IMG/VR virus record: IMGVR_UViG_2895791493_000001
Location: 35,726 to 99,725 of that record
Strand: one strand, 5' to 3'
Source of the DNA: a virus
Taxonomy: Duplodnaviria; Caudoviricetes
DNA length: 64,000 nucleotides
Below are positions 1 through 8,957 of the stretch, in pieces; within the stretch, counting starts at the first letter, position 1, and the number at the start of each line of letters is the position of its first letter. A program made the position numbers and the translations under genes. The notes beneath the pieces are model-generated. The model saw nothing but the letters and a program-made list of their open reading frames with translations, searched no databases and was not told the DNA's origin.

Positions 1-510
1 CGCCGGGCCGTTGCATCCACGTTTCACCCAGTAGTTCGCCGCAGTTCGGGCGCTCACCAGGGCGTCGTTGATGCGCTCCGGCTGGCGCGAGAGATCCACT
101 CCGGCCGGACTGTACGACTCGAACAGCGCCCGGCCCGTCAGTTGGATGTACCCGGCGCCCCTGAATGCCCAGCCGTCGCCGCTGGCCTCGTTGCCGTTGC
201 CCAGGCGGTTCGCGTACACGCGGTTCGCGCAGGCCACCTCGTTCCGGACGTACGGCCGCGCAGCTGCCGCGCTGCCCCGGAAGGCCGTGCGAAAAATCGC
301 GGCCAGTCGGGCCGGATCTGTGTAATACACGCTCTCCCGGACGTTCCGGAAGCCGCACTCGTGCGCGATATTGGCCAGCCACGCTGCGAGGCGCAGGCGG
401 GTCGTGATGCCGTACTCCTGCGCCGCGGCGCTCAGGACGCGGGCGGCCAGTTCCGCATCAGCGGGCGCTGTCCCGGGCCGGATGGTTTGGAGCTGTCTTG
501 CAGTGATCAT
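1..510 (-). CDS. Endolysin, glycoside hydrolase family 19 (chitinase-like); runs off window start
   Basis: Not in the ORF track. Manual translation gives MITARQLQTI...AAWLANIAHECGF...ANRVYANRLGNGNEASGDGWAFRGAGYIQLTGR, which are GH19 motifs; SD GGAGG upstream. Confidence 0.9.
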   Translation of the reverse strand, partial: MITARQLQTIRPGTAPADAELAARVLSAAAQEYGITTRLRLAAWLANIAHECGFRNVRESVYYTDPARLAAIFRTAFRGSAAAARPYVRNEVACANRVYANRLGNGNEASGDGWAFRGAGYIQLTGRALFESYSPAGVDLSRQPERINDALVSARTAANYWVKRGCNGPA

Positions 511-860
511 TTCAACCTCCCGGCGGGCACCCAGGCCCGCCCGTTCCAGTACTCGACGGACCAGCTGCGGCCCACCCATTCGTTGCGGACGCCGCCGCTC
601 GGGATCTCCCACGCGCCTCGCAGCGGGTAGATCGGCTGGTACGGCCCCTCGGCGTTCAGGACGCTGCGTTTGCGCGCGCGGACCACGCCCCGGGCCGGGC
701 AGTCCACGGCGGGGCGGATGGCGAGCCGTTCGACGATGCCGAGGGTCGCGGTGCGCTCGACGGTCGCCGCGCAGTACGTCGCTGGCGTCGGGAGCCGCTG
801 GGCGATCAGGCCGCCGCTGACGGCGAGGGCCACTCCGGCCAGGACGGTCCGGCCGATCAC
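507..860 (-). CDS. Membrane-anchored lysis-region protein (possible spanin-like/accessory)
   Basis: GTG overlaps the upstream TGA; N-terminal hydrophobic segment VIGRTVLAGVALAVSGGLIA; stop overlaps the endolysin start. Confidence 0.55.
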   Translation of the reverse strand: MIGRTVLAGVALAVSGGLIAQRLPTPATYCAATVERTATLGIVERLAIRPAVDCPARGVVRARKRSVLNAEGPYQPIYPLRGAWEIPSGGVRNEWVGRSWSVEYWNGRAWVPAGRLK

Positions 861-1330
861 GCGGTCCGCTGCTGCACCCTGGACTGCACGCGGATCACCT
901 CCTGCAGGAGGCTGCAACCCCGGCCGATGCCGAGGCACAGGGCCGCCAGTCCGGCGTAGATGACCAGCAGGTACAGCGTCAGGTGCCCCAGGGGACTCCC
1001 GGCCACCTGCCCCGCCAGGATCTGCCCGCCGAGACAGATGATCAGCAGCGCGACCCCCGCCACGGCGCTGATCACGGCTGGCCGCCAACGTTCCAGGCCG
1101 CCGTACTCCAGCAGCGCCAGGATGGTGAGGGGCGGGTGCGTGCGCCGGGCTTCCAGGACGACCGCCACGATCCGCTGGGCGAGCATGGCCAGCAGCGCGA
1201 TGATCAGCACCCGGTAGATGCTCACCGCCAGGTACGACCACTCCGGATCGGCGATCAACGGCGTGTTCATGAGGGCGTCCAGGGCTCGGGTGGTGTCGAC
1301 GAGTGCGGCGTGCCAGGGGCTGTCAGTCAT
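857..1330 (-). CDS. Multi-pass membrane protein, holin candidate
   Basis: About 3 TM segments, SD AAGGAG, located in lysis cassette. Confidence 0.6.
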   Translation of the reverse strand: MTDSPWHAALVDTTRALDALMNTPLIADPEWSYLAVSIYRVLIIALLAMLAQRIVAVVLEARRTHPPLTILALLEYGGLERWRPAVISAVAGVALLIICLGGQILAGQVAGSPLGHLTLYLLVIYAGLAALCLGIGRGCSLLQEVIRVQSRVQQRTA

Positions 1331-1646
1331 GAGGGTCTCCTTTGCGCCAGCGGATGGCGAGGGCCAGCAGCAGCCACGTGACGGCGACCGCGCCGACCAC
1401 CCGACCGAACGCGCTCGGATCGGCGGTCCGGGCGGGCAGTTGCAGTAACAGGGCGGCCGCGAGCGCCAGTGAGCCCCAGCGGATGCCGGGGGCGGGGTGG
1501 TGGCGCAGGCGGCGGGCCGTGATGACGCTCACGCCGGTCATGACGACCGTGACGCTCGCGAGAATGACGGGCGGCCCGATGATCCAGCGGTTCAGGTCCA
1601 CTGCGGCGATGTACAGCGCGATCAGCAGGTCAAGCACGACCGTCAC
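1323..1646 (-). CDS. Small multi-pass membrane protein, holin/antiholin candidate
   Basis: 3-4 hydrophobic segments, SD GGAGG, overlaps both neighbours. Confidence 0.6.
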   Translation of the reverse strand: MTVVLDLLIALYIAAVDLNRWIIGPPVILASVTVVMTGVSVITARRLRHHPAPGIRWGSLALAAALLLQLPARTADPSAFGRVVGAVAVTWLLLALAIRWRKGDPHD

Positions 1647-2001
1647 CTCCGGGCGGCGCGGACGGGTCCGGCGGGTCCAGCGGGGCCGGCGGGGGCGCGT
1701 CGGGGATGTACTTCTGCACGCCGTACCGCGCGGCGAGCAGGAGCCCGGTCGGGCCGTACGCGAAGCCGACGATGCACGCGCCGATGGCCTTGCTCATCAC
1801 GTCCAGCGCGCCCTGCGACACCCAGTCCAGGCCCCGCTCGACGCCGGCGCCGACGACGAACGTGGCGACCATCTCCGCGAAGAGCTTGCCGGGCGGGACG
1901 CGGCGGGCGCGGGTAACAACCCCGGCCCAGTGAAGAAACGCGGCGCTGAGGCCGCAGCCGATGGTGGTGGCGGCCTGCAAACCGATCAGTTCAGCGGCCA
2001 T
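1630..2001 (-). CDS. Small membrane protein, holin candidate
   Basis: Hydrophobic segments, Pro-rich tail, strong SD AGGAGGT. Confidence 0.6.
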   Translation of the reverse strand: MAAELIGLQAATTIGCGLSAAFLHWAGVVTRARRVPPGKLFAEMVATFVVGAGVERGLDWVSQGALDVMSKAIGACIVGFAYGPTGLLLAARYGVQKYIPDAPPPAPLDPPDPSAPPGGDGRA

Positions 2002-2179
2002 CCAACACCTCCTACGTGCTGTCTACACAACATCTGGTCTCTCCTGGCAGCTTTTTTGCCGCGTGGAGCGCATGATTCGAGGCAGGACAGGGGGCGCGAT
2101 CCCCTGTCCGCTGCTGTTGGTGCCCTGTCCGCTGCTCCTGACGGCCGTGAACCTCGCGCCGGTCAGGGGCAGCGCGAGG

Positions 2180-2210
2180 AATGAAGAACCCCCGCGCAGC
2201 GGCGGGGGTA
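2180..2210 (-). terminator. Intrinsic terminator after peptidase moron
   Basis: ACCCCCGC/GCGGGGGT stem followed by TCTTCATT on the minus strand. Confidence 0.5.
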
Positions 2211-2236
2211 CCGGACTACTCAGGCGGTTCGTGTGT

Positions 2237-2743
2237 TCAGAGGCTGAAGGGGATGTCGTTCGGGTGGGGCGGGGCAGCGCATCTCGAAGGAGTCGGGTCT
2301 TTCCAGCCCAGGGCGCGCAGGCTCTCCCCGCAGGCCCGCAGGTACGCCTGGGCGTACCCTTCAGGCCAGCGTTCGAGCAACTGGTGCGTGTAAGCGTCAT
2401 CACTTCGAGGATCCGCGAACACCCGGAGGTACCGGGCCTGCAGGCAGTGCCCGGCCTCGTGCGCTGCCATCCGCGCCAGTTCCGACCGGACCGCAGTTGG
2501 ATCGATGTCCACCACGCAGCTCGTGCCGCCCGGCAGCGCATGCGCGTGCCCACTGGGAGCTCGGTAGCGTCCGTCTGCGTCATACACCGGCCCGCCAAGG
2601 GCGCCCGGTTCCGTCCAGCGCCAGGTGATGGCGACCCCGTGCACTTCGGTGGTCCACTGGGCGTTGTCGCGGGGCGGGGCGGTCACGCTGCAACCAGCGA
2701 GGCCCAGGGCGAGTGCGGCGGCGGACAGGATGCGCTTGATCAT
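2237..2743 (-). CDS. Lipoprotein with HExxH zinc-metallopeptidase motif (moron)
   Basis: Lipobox LAG-C after MIKRILSAAALALG; AAHEAGH motif with downstream Glu (WPEGYA). Confidence 0.75.
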   Translation of the reverse strand: MIKRILSAAALALGLAGCSVTAPPRDNAQWTTEVHGVAITWRWTEPGALGGPVYDADGRYRAPSGHAHALPGGTSCVVDIDPTAVRSELARMAAHEAGHCLQARYLRVFADPRSDDAYTHQLLERWPEGYAQAYLRACGESLRALGWKDPTPSRCAAPPHPNDIPFSL

Positions 2744-2836
2744 GGGTGGACCTCCAGAGGAAAGGCCCGCCGCAGGGCCTGCGGGCGGGACGGGAAGGCG
2801 ACCCCAGCGTGAACTGTGGGCCGGACGGCTTGTCTT

Positions 2837-2867
2837 GATTCCACCATTTCGGTTGAATCTTTGTCAA
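2837..2867 (-). promoter_or_regulatory. Promoter (-35 TTGACA) overlapped by inverted repeat GATTCcACC-N5-GGTtGAATC
   Basis: Read directly; lies between the peptidase and the divergent HTH gene. Confidence 0.5.
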
Positions 2868-2963
2868 GGCGTGCACGGGAGACACCCGGACGTCCAGGCT
2901 CCCGCGCCGCCATGACGTCCACCACTTCGGGAGAACACCAACTGGAGGGCTACCTTGAGAGGA

Positions 2964-3164
2964 ATGACCGACGAGATTCGAGCCGAGATCAAGCGCCTGA
3001 TGAAGGAGAAAGGCCTCTCCCAGCGCGCCCTTGCCGAGAAACTCGGCGTGAACGAGAAGAGCCTCAGCCGCACCCTGCTCGACCGGGGGAAGCCCGCCGG
3101 CATCTGGCCGGACATCCTCGACGAGCTGGGTGTCGAACTGACCCTGAAACGCAAGGGCAGTTGA
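2964..3164 (+). CDS. Xre/Cro-family HTH regulator (moron)
   Basis: MKEKGLSQRALAEKLGVNEKSLSRTL HTH; TACCTT 7 nt before ATG; terminator follows. Confidence 0.85.
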   Translation: MTDEIRAEIKRLMKEKGLSQRALAEKLGVNEKSLSRTLLDRGKPAGIWPDILDELGVELTLKRKGS

Positions 3165-3171
3165 CGACCAG

Positions 3172-3200
3172 AGGGAGCCGCACGGCTCCCCCTTTCCTTC
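3172..3200 (+). terminator. Intrinsic terminator
   Basis: GGGAGCCG/CGGCTCCC stem followed by CTTTCCTT. Confidence 0.6.
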
Positions 3201-3239
3201 GTGTTCTGGGCCTGATACCGGGCCTGATTCTGTGTGGCG

Positions 3240-4151
3240 TCAGTAGTTCAGCCGTTTCAGGGCTCCCACCACAGTCTGTGCGGCCAGGAGCTGCCCGGCA
3301 TCGTTCAGGTGGATGCCGTCGAACCGCAGTGCCTCCGGCACCGTATCGTCCGCTGCGGTTCCCACCAGCGCGGCGCGGACATCCACGAACCGCTCCCCGA
3401 ATGCTGAGGCCAGAGCGACGTTCGTCCGCTGGATCGCCGCGTGCGCATTCGTACCACGCACCTCGCCGCGTCCGTTCAGCACGCTCAGCACGATGTACCT
3501 CGGCGTTTTCAGCGTGGCGACGATGGCCCGCACATCCTGCACGACCGTGTCCGTCTGCGCGTAATTGTTCCGGCCCGCCCAGATGATCGTCGTGTGCGTA
3601 GGACGCTCCCCCAGCGGTACGGCCAGCGGGTACACGCCTGGGTTGATTGCCGCGCCGGCGGCGGCCCGCTGGAACACGTACGGCTGCGCAGCGTTCAGGC
3701 TGCCGTCCGGGTTGTGGTTGCTGTGCACGAGCGTCCCAGTCACCCCGCCCACCGTGACCGTCAGGCGGCGGTCGTTGCCCGCCCCGTCGAGCAGGCGGAC
3801 GGACGGGATAACCTCCACGCTGCCGCTCTGCGGGAGGCCGCCAGGGGCCGCGACCGTGACGGGCAGCGCGCCCACGCGGGCCGCAATGGCGGTGCTGGTC
3901 GTGCCGCCCTGAGCGTCCACCACGACCGTCCGTCCGGTGAGCGTCCGCACGTGCGTGTAGATCCGGGTGGCCTCGCTGGTTGCGCCCGCGCCGATGGTCA
4001 GGCTGTCCCCGATCATCCAGATCGGGCTGGGCGCGACGACGGGCACAGGGGCAGGAGTGGGTACGGGGGCGGAAACAGGTGCAGGCGCAGGGGTGACGCT
4101 GCCCGCGCAGGAGGCGAGCAGCAGGGTCAGGACGGGGAGAAGGCGGGCCAT
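3240..4151 (-). CDS. SGNH/GDSL hydrolase lipoprotein (moron)
   Basis: Lipobox LAS-C, Pro-rich linker, GDSL, GRNN and DGIHLN blocks; TACGGT-N6-ATG leaderless promoter. Confidence 0.85.
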   Translation of the reverse strand: MARLLPVLTLLLASCAGSVTPAPAPVSAPVPTPAPVPVVAPSPIWMIGDSLTIGAGATSEATRIYTHVRTLTGRTVVVDAQGGTTSTAIAARVGALPVTVAAPGGLPQSGSVEVIPSVRLLDGAGNDRRLTVTVGGVTGTLVHSNHNPDGSLNAAQPYVFQRAAAGAAINPGVYPLAVPLGERPTHTTIIWAGRNNYAQTDTVVQDVRAIVATLKTPRYIVLSVLNGRGEVRGTNAHAAIQRTNVALASAFGERFVDVRAALVGTAADDTVPEALRFDGIHLNDAGQLLAAQTVVGALKRLNY

Positions 4152-4216
4152 ACAGGCACCGTAGGAGGGTTCTGGCGGCCGCGTTGCCTCACATGACGCA
4201 GCTGGACCTTCATTAA

Positions 4217-5062
4217 CTACAGCCCGAACGCGGCGCGGTTGTTCGCCCAGTCGCTCGCCACAACAGTGGCAGGGGTGCGACCGCTCAGGATCAGGTCCTC
4301 CTGGAGGCTGCGGTAGTACCGGAGGTTCGTGGCGAACCCCGTGCCGTTCGCACCACCCGTGAACGCCCCAATGGCGTTGTTCCGGGTGCTGTTGAATAGC
4401 GCCGTCGTGCCCGTGATGGTCTGGGTCTTGATGCTCACGCCGTTGCGGTACAGGGTGACCACGGTGTCCGCTCCGCTGACCGCCGTGCTCATGGCGAGTT
4501 GCACGGGCATCCCCAGCACGAACGCAGTCGGGTCCACGACCTCCGTGATAGCCGTATCCGCACTGTTCCAGAGTTTCCAGCTGAACACCTGCGTCGTCTT
4601 GTTCGCCACGGCCAGCAGGAACTGACTGTTGCTGCCCGTGTTGCTGCTGCCCGCCCGCGCCCAGATGGCCGCGCCGCTGTTCGTCGGGAGACTCACCACG
4701 GTCAGCCAGATGATCTTCAGGTTCGGCCCTGTGAGCGCCGCCGGTTGCCCCTGATCGATGTACCCGACCGGGTTCGCCACCGTCTGTCCAGGCAGCACCA
4801 GGCCGCGCACGGGTGTGGTCGTTTCGGTCATGGTGGTCGGCGTGATGATCGTCGCCGTGGGCGCAGCGGTCTGACTGGCCCGCACGAGGTTATTCAGGGT
4901 GTTTTTGCTGGCACTCGGTGCGCCGGGCGTCCAGCACGCGGCGTTGCGGACGTCGTAGAGACTGACGACGCCCGGCACGATCAGGGCGTCACGTTCAGCG
5001 AACGGCAGGCTGGGATTGTTGATGGTCAGACCGTCAATCGTGATGACACTGCTCTGGGGCAT
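4217..5062 (-). CDS. Tail-associated protein, LamG/concanavalin-like beta-sandwich
   Basis: Thr/Ser/Gly-rich beta-strand pattern (VTLYRNGV, AIGA); follows the tail fibre. Confidence 0.6.
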   Translation of the reverse strand: MPQSSVITIDGLTINNPSLPFAERDALIVPGVVSLYDVRNAACWTPGAPSASKNTLNNLVRASQTAAPTATIITPTTMTETTTPVRGLVLPGQTVANPVGYIDQGQPAALTGPNLKIIWLTVVSLPTNSGAAIWARAGSSNTGSNSQFLLAVANKTTQVFSWKLWNSADTAITEVVDPTAFVLGMPVQLAMSTAVSGADTVVTLYRNGVSIKTQTITGTTALFNSTRNNAIGAFTGGANGTGFATNLRYYRSLQEDLILSGRTPATVVASDWANNRAAFGL

Positions 5063-5065
5063 GGG

Positions 5066-6913
5066 CTATACACCGTCCTGTGTGAATCGGGTTTTGATGA
5101 CCTGCGCCTCGGCCTGCCGTCCAGCGGCGTTCGGGTGCAGCTGGTCACCGCGCAGACTGGCGGGGATCAGGTCGTCCGTGGTGTTGGCGGCCAGGGCGCT
5201 GCGCCAGTCGATCAGGCGGTAGCGGCTGCCCAGGTAGTCGTTCAGGGCGAGGATGTTGACGTACATGGTGTTCGGGGCGTCGGTCTTGTGCTCCTGGGCG
5301 TAATCGCCGTTCGGAATACTCAGGAGGTAGACCCGGCCCGCCACGCCCCGGAGTTGCAGCGTCACGGCGTCCACGTCGGCCCGGACCGTCGTCGGGTCGG
5401 TGTAGTTGTTCCGGCCCATGCTGATGAGCACGAGTTTGTCCCGGTAGGGGGTCAGGTCCGGCACCCACAGGTCACCATTGCTGTTCATGGTCGTGGCGCC
5501 GCCTGCCGCTACGCTGCGCGTGAACGTGTAGGCGACGGTGTAGATGCCCGCGCTGGGACTCGTGGTGGTGGCGCTCAGCGTGCCGTACACCCCGCCCAGC
5601 CACCCGGCGCGGCTGACCGGCGTGCCCAGGCCCGCGCGGGAGATCAACAGCGACGGCCCGCGCAGCAGGGTGATGGGCGCAGCGGTGACCGTGGCGGGCA
5701 GTGAGCCTCCATTCACGGTGAACCAGACGTTCGCCGCGCCCAGCCGCGCTGCGATCTCTGTACTGGTCTGCCCGCCGATGCCGTACCCGGCGCAGGTGCG
5801 GCCTGTGGCGGTGGCGATCTCTGCGGCCAGCGAGGACGTGCCGAGGCTGTCGCCGTCTACCACCACGTCCGCCAGGGGTACGTTCCGGACGCCGTTCACT
5901 CGCGCCCGCCCATCGCTGTCGAGCGTGTACCCACCGGGCAACAGCGTGTTCCCGACGTTTGGCGCAACCACTCCCCCTGGGGCGATCAGTGCGCCGTCCG
6001 TGCTGAGGGCCAGCAGCACCCGGCCTGTCTGATCCTGCACGAGAGGCGCGGCAATCTGAGCGCCATTCAGGTACAGCACATCCGGAGTGGCTGGGACGCG
6101 CAGGCCCGTCGTGCTGAGCGTGGTGATCGTCGCAGCGGCGAGGCTCAGCGCCTGCGAAAGCGTGAGGGTGATCCCGGCGAGATCATTGGCGTGCATCCCA
6201 CCGGCCGCATCCCACCACACGAGAGGCCGCCCGGCGCTGTCGAGCCACGCCGCGATGACCTCAACGCCGCCGATGAACACGCCGGACGGGTACGTCACCC
6301 CACGAAACGGAGCGAGCCGCGCTTCCGTGGCAGCCGCCGTCGTGTCGTTCACATCCTGCCGGGCGTCATTCGCCTCCTGCTGCTGCGCGGTATCAGCGAT
6401 GATATCGGCCACCGCCTGGCGCTCCGCCGACAGATCCAGAATGGCGTCGTTCACCCGTCCAGCGGCGGTGTTCGCCGCGGCCGCTGCCTGCTCTGCGTCG
6501 GCGGTCAGGGCCTGCAGACTGGCGGTCGTGGTGTACGCCTCCGGATCCTGATCGCGGGTCAGATCGAGCGTCCCATCTTCGCCAGCAGCGGGCCGGAAGC
6601 GCAGCTGCTCGCTCTGGCGGCGCCCTGCCTCGTCCGTCCAGGTCAGGTCGATGTACAGCCAGCCCTGCGGCTTCGCGGCGGCGAGCACGTCGCCGCGCGC
6701 CAGGGGCAGTTCCAGCGGTCCGTCTGTGTTCGAGTTCTTCCAGCCGCTGCTGGCGGTGTCCCACTCGAAGGGGATGCTGCCGATGCCCGCGCCGACGGGG
6801 CCGCCCAGGTAGGGGCCGTCGAAGGTCGCCTGTCCGCGCAGCGTGGCGAGGTTCGTGATCGTGGCCGGGACGCCCACCACGGGAGTGAGCGTCGGGGTGC
6901 TGGGTTGGGTCAT
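5066..6913 (-). CDS. Tail fibre/receptor-binding protein with C-terminal SGNH esterase domain
   Basis: N-terminal attachment region, coiled-coil, then GDSLG...GRNNY...DQLHPN. Confidence 0.75.
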   Translation of the reverse strand: MTQPSTPTLTPVVGVPATITNLATLRGQATFDGPYLGGPVGAGIGSIPFEWDTASSGWKNSNTDGPLELPLARGDVLAAAKPQGWLYIDLTWTDEAGRRQSEQLRFRPAAGEDGTLDLTRDQDPEAYTTTASLQALTADAEQAAAAANTAAGRVNDAILDLSAERQAVADIIADTAQQQEANDARQDVNDTTAAATEARLAPFRGVTYPSGVFIGGVEVIAAWLDSAGRPLVWWDAAGGMHANDLAGITLTLSQALSLAAATITTLSTTGLRVPATPDVLYLNGAQIAAPLVQDQTGRVLLALSTDGALIAPGGVVAPNVGNTLLPGGYTLDSDGRARVNGVRNVPLADVVVDGDSLGTSSLAAEIATATGRTCAGYGIGGQTSTEIAARLGAANVWFTVNGGSLPATVTAAPITLLRGPSLLISRAGLGTPVSRAGWLGGVYGTLSATTTSPSAGIYTVAYTFTRSVAAGGATTMNSNGDLWVPDLTPYRDKLVLISMGRNNYTDPTTVRADVDAVTLQLRGVAGRVYLLSIPNGDYAQEHKTDAPNTMYVNILALNDYLGSRYRLIDWRSALAANTTDDLIPASLRGDQLHPNAAGRQAEAQVIKTRFTQDGV

Positions 6914-6921
6914 GGATCTCC

Positions 6922-7353
6922 TCAGATGGGGTACAGGTCAGTGCTGTCGTCGTCGTCAACGAGGTGCCAGTAGGGGTCGCGCAGGGCGAGGGTGACGGTC
7001 AGGAGGCGCGTGGTGCCGCCCCGGTAGTCCTGCACGCGCGGCTCCCCGATCAGGCCCTGCGTGATCAGGTACCGCTCCGGGTGGCGCCGCCGGTCCCGGA
7101 AGCCCGTGGCGGCCCGCAGCAGACTCAGGACGCGTCCGCTCTCGCGGTCGCAGGCGCGGACCGTGACGGCGCTGATGTACACGCGCAACGTCAACCGGGT
7201 TTCCTTCGGGCTGCCCAGGCCGTCCACCCAGCTCAGCCCGTACGGCGTGCGGTCCTGCGTCAGGTCGCTCGACCAGGTCGGCTGGTCGTAATCCACCACC
7301 GCCGGCAGCCGCTCCCCCCACCCGGCGTTGTCGGTGCGGACTTCGAACGTCAC
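6922..7353 (-). CDS. Minor tail protein (distal-tail-like)
   Basis: Position in tail module; C-terminal LALRDPYW typical of Dit-like proteins. Confidence 0.6.
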   Translation of the reverse strand: MTFEVRTDNAGWGERLPAVVDYDQPTWSSDLTQDRTPYGLSWVDGLGSPKETRLTLRVYISAVTVRACDRESGRVLSLLRAATGFRDRRRHPERYLITQGLIGEPRVQDYRGGTTRLLTVTLALRDPYWHLVDDDDSTDLYPI

Positions 7354-8957
7354 ATCGGACCTCGCGTGTTCACGGCCTGCGAGACCGCCTGCTGGTCCTG
7401 GCGGTCCACCACGACCTTCAGCACCTGAGCGTCATACGATTCGTCCGGCTGGCCGATCATGTACTCCGTTCGCATCGGCTCGCGGATCAGGTACCGGACC
7501 CCCACGACCTTCTCCGTGATGTCCGCGCGGCCGGGGCGCTGGACGGTCAGCGTGCCGGGTTGATCCTGGATGCCCGACACGCTGGCGATCCCCACGTGCT
7601 GGCTGGGCACCCTGTAGAGCTGTTCTGCGCTGGCGTCAAGCAACTCCCGGTCCAGGCGCTTGGCAATCAGCTCCGTCGCAGTCCCGGCAGTGTCGCCCGA
7701 GATGTTCCACAGGTCGAAACGCCGGTATCCGGCACTGACGACCAGTTCCTGCCAGTAGTTGGTGCGGATCACGGTGTCGCCGCCGCCCAGGAAGTCGTTC
7801 CCCAGGTAGGTGTCATCCAGGTCGTAGAAGTCCATCTGCAGCGTGCCGGGCGCGGAGATGACTCCCGCCCATTCCAGCCAGTCCGCGTCCATGGCGGTCG
7901 TGTACGTCAGGTGGCTGCCGTTCAGCGGTACGCCGCCAGTGGTGGCCGAGTCGCGCAGTTTAGTAATTTCGCTCTCGCTCAGCGGGGTGGCCGTCCCGCC
8001 TGGAGGCGTGAGCGTGTATGTCCCGCCGAGCACCTGCACGACACTGGGAGCGCTCCGTTGATCGATGTACCGCGTGACGCTGCTGCGGCCCAGTTCCGCG
8101 ATGCGCGGGTGCTGGCTCTCGTACACGATCTCGCGGGGCGCGATGCGGGACGGGTCGCGGGGGTCGCCTGGCAGTCGCCAGATCCACCGGACGGCGGTCA
8201 GCAGCCCCTCGCTGACGACCTCCTTCAACTGGATGCGCACGCCGGTCATGGCGGCGTTCACCGTAACGACGTTTGATGGCGGTGGCCCGATCCACACGCG
8301 GTCGTCCGCGCGGACGGTCCAGCCCCATCCGCTTTTCAGGGCCAGGAGGCCGTCGAGTGCGGCCGCGACACTCTCCCCGTTGTGCTGCCGCTGCCCCAGC
8401 ACCCCCGAGTCCGGCAGGCTGGTTGCGGTGTAGGTGAGGTGTGGCAGGTCGGCGCGCGCGTCGTCGATCACTCCGCGCATCTGCTCGCTGATCTCAGTGC
8501 CGAAGTTGATGTAGTTCACGCGCGTGACCGGGATCTCTTTGAGTCGGAGGTACTTGTCGCCCACCGCTTCCCACTGCCCGTTGAGTTCGTCGGGGCGCCG
8601 GGTCAGGGTGCCGCTGAACACGGTGCGCCAGTCTCCTGGGGTCGCCGTGTCGGCCACGTCGACCCAGACGCGAGCGCGGTCGCGGTCCGGGCCGGTGAGG
8701 CCCTGCCAGGTGACGTCCTTGCATCCTCCCCACTCGTCGAGCGTGATGGTGAGTCCCGCGCTGGCCACCTGCGCCTGCGTGGCGGTGATGGTGTCGAGGG
8801 GGGCGCTGGTGGCCGGGTGGCCGAATCGGAATCTCCACATGGTGACGGCCTCCTGGGTAGGTGTGACCTGCCAGTCGTGACCGGCGGGCGGGGTGGGGTG
8901 CGGCGCGCAGGCCGCCAGGATGACGGCCAGCAGCGCCAGCAGGAATCGTTGGATCAT
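7350..8957 (-). CDS. Baseplate hub/tail-tip protein (alternative internal start at 8840)
   Basis: Follows tape measure (ATGA overlap); GESVAAALDGL...GWGWTVRAD hub-like pattern. The ORF-track extension to 9806 is a shadow frame. Confidence 0.7.
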   Translation of the reverse strand: MIQRFLLALLAVILAACAPHPTPPAGHDWQVTPTQEAVTMWRFRFGHPATSAPLDTITATQAQVASAGLTITLDEWGGCKDVTWQGLTGPDRDRARVWVDVADTATPGDWRTVFSGTLTRRPDELNGQWEAVGDKYLRLKEIPVTRVNYINFGTEISEQMRGVIDDARADLPHLTYTATSLPDSGVLGQRQHNGESVAAALDGLLALKSGWGWTVRADDRVWIGPPPSNVVTVNAAMTGVRIQLKEVVSEGLLTAVRWIWRLPGDPRDPSRIAPREIVYESQHPRIAELGRSSVTRYIDQRSAPSVVQVLGGTYTLTPPGGTATPLSESEITKLRDSATTGGVPLNGSHLTYTTAMDADWLEWAGVISAPGTLQMDFYDLDDTYLGNDFLGGGDTVIRTNYWQELVVSAGYRRFDLWNISGDTAGTATELIAKRLDRELLDASAEQLYRVPSQHVGIASVSGIQDQPGTLTVQRPGRADITEKVVGVRYLIREPMRTEYMIGQPDESYDAQVLKVVVDRQDQQAVSQAVNTRGPM

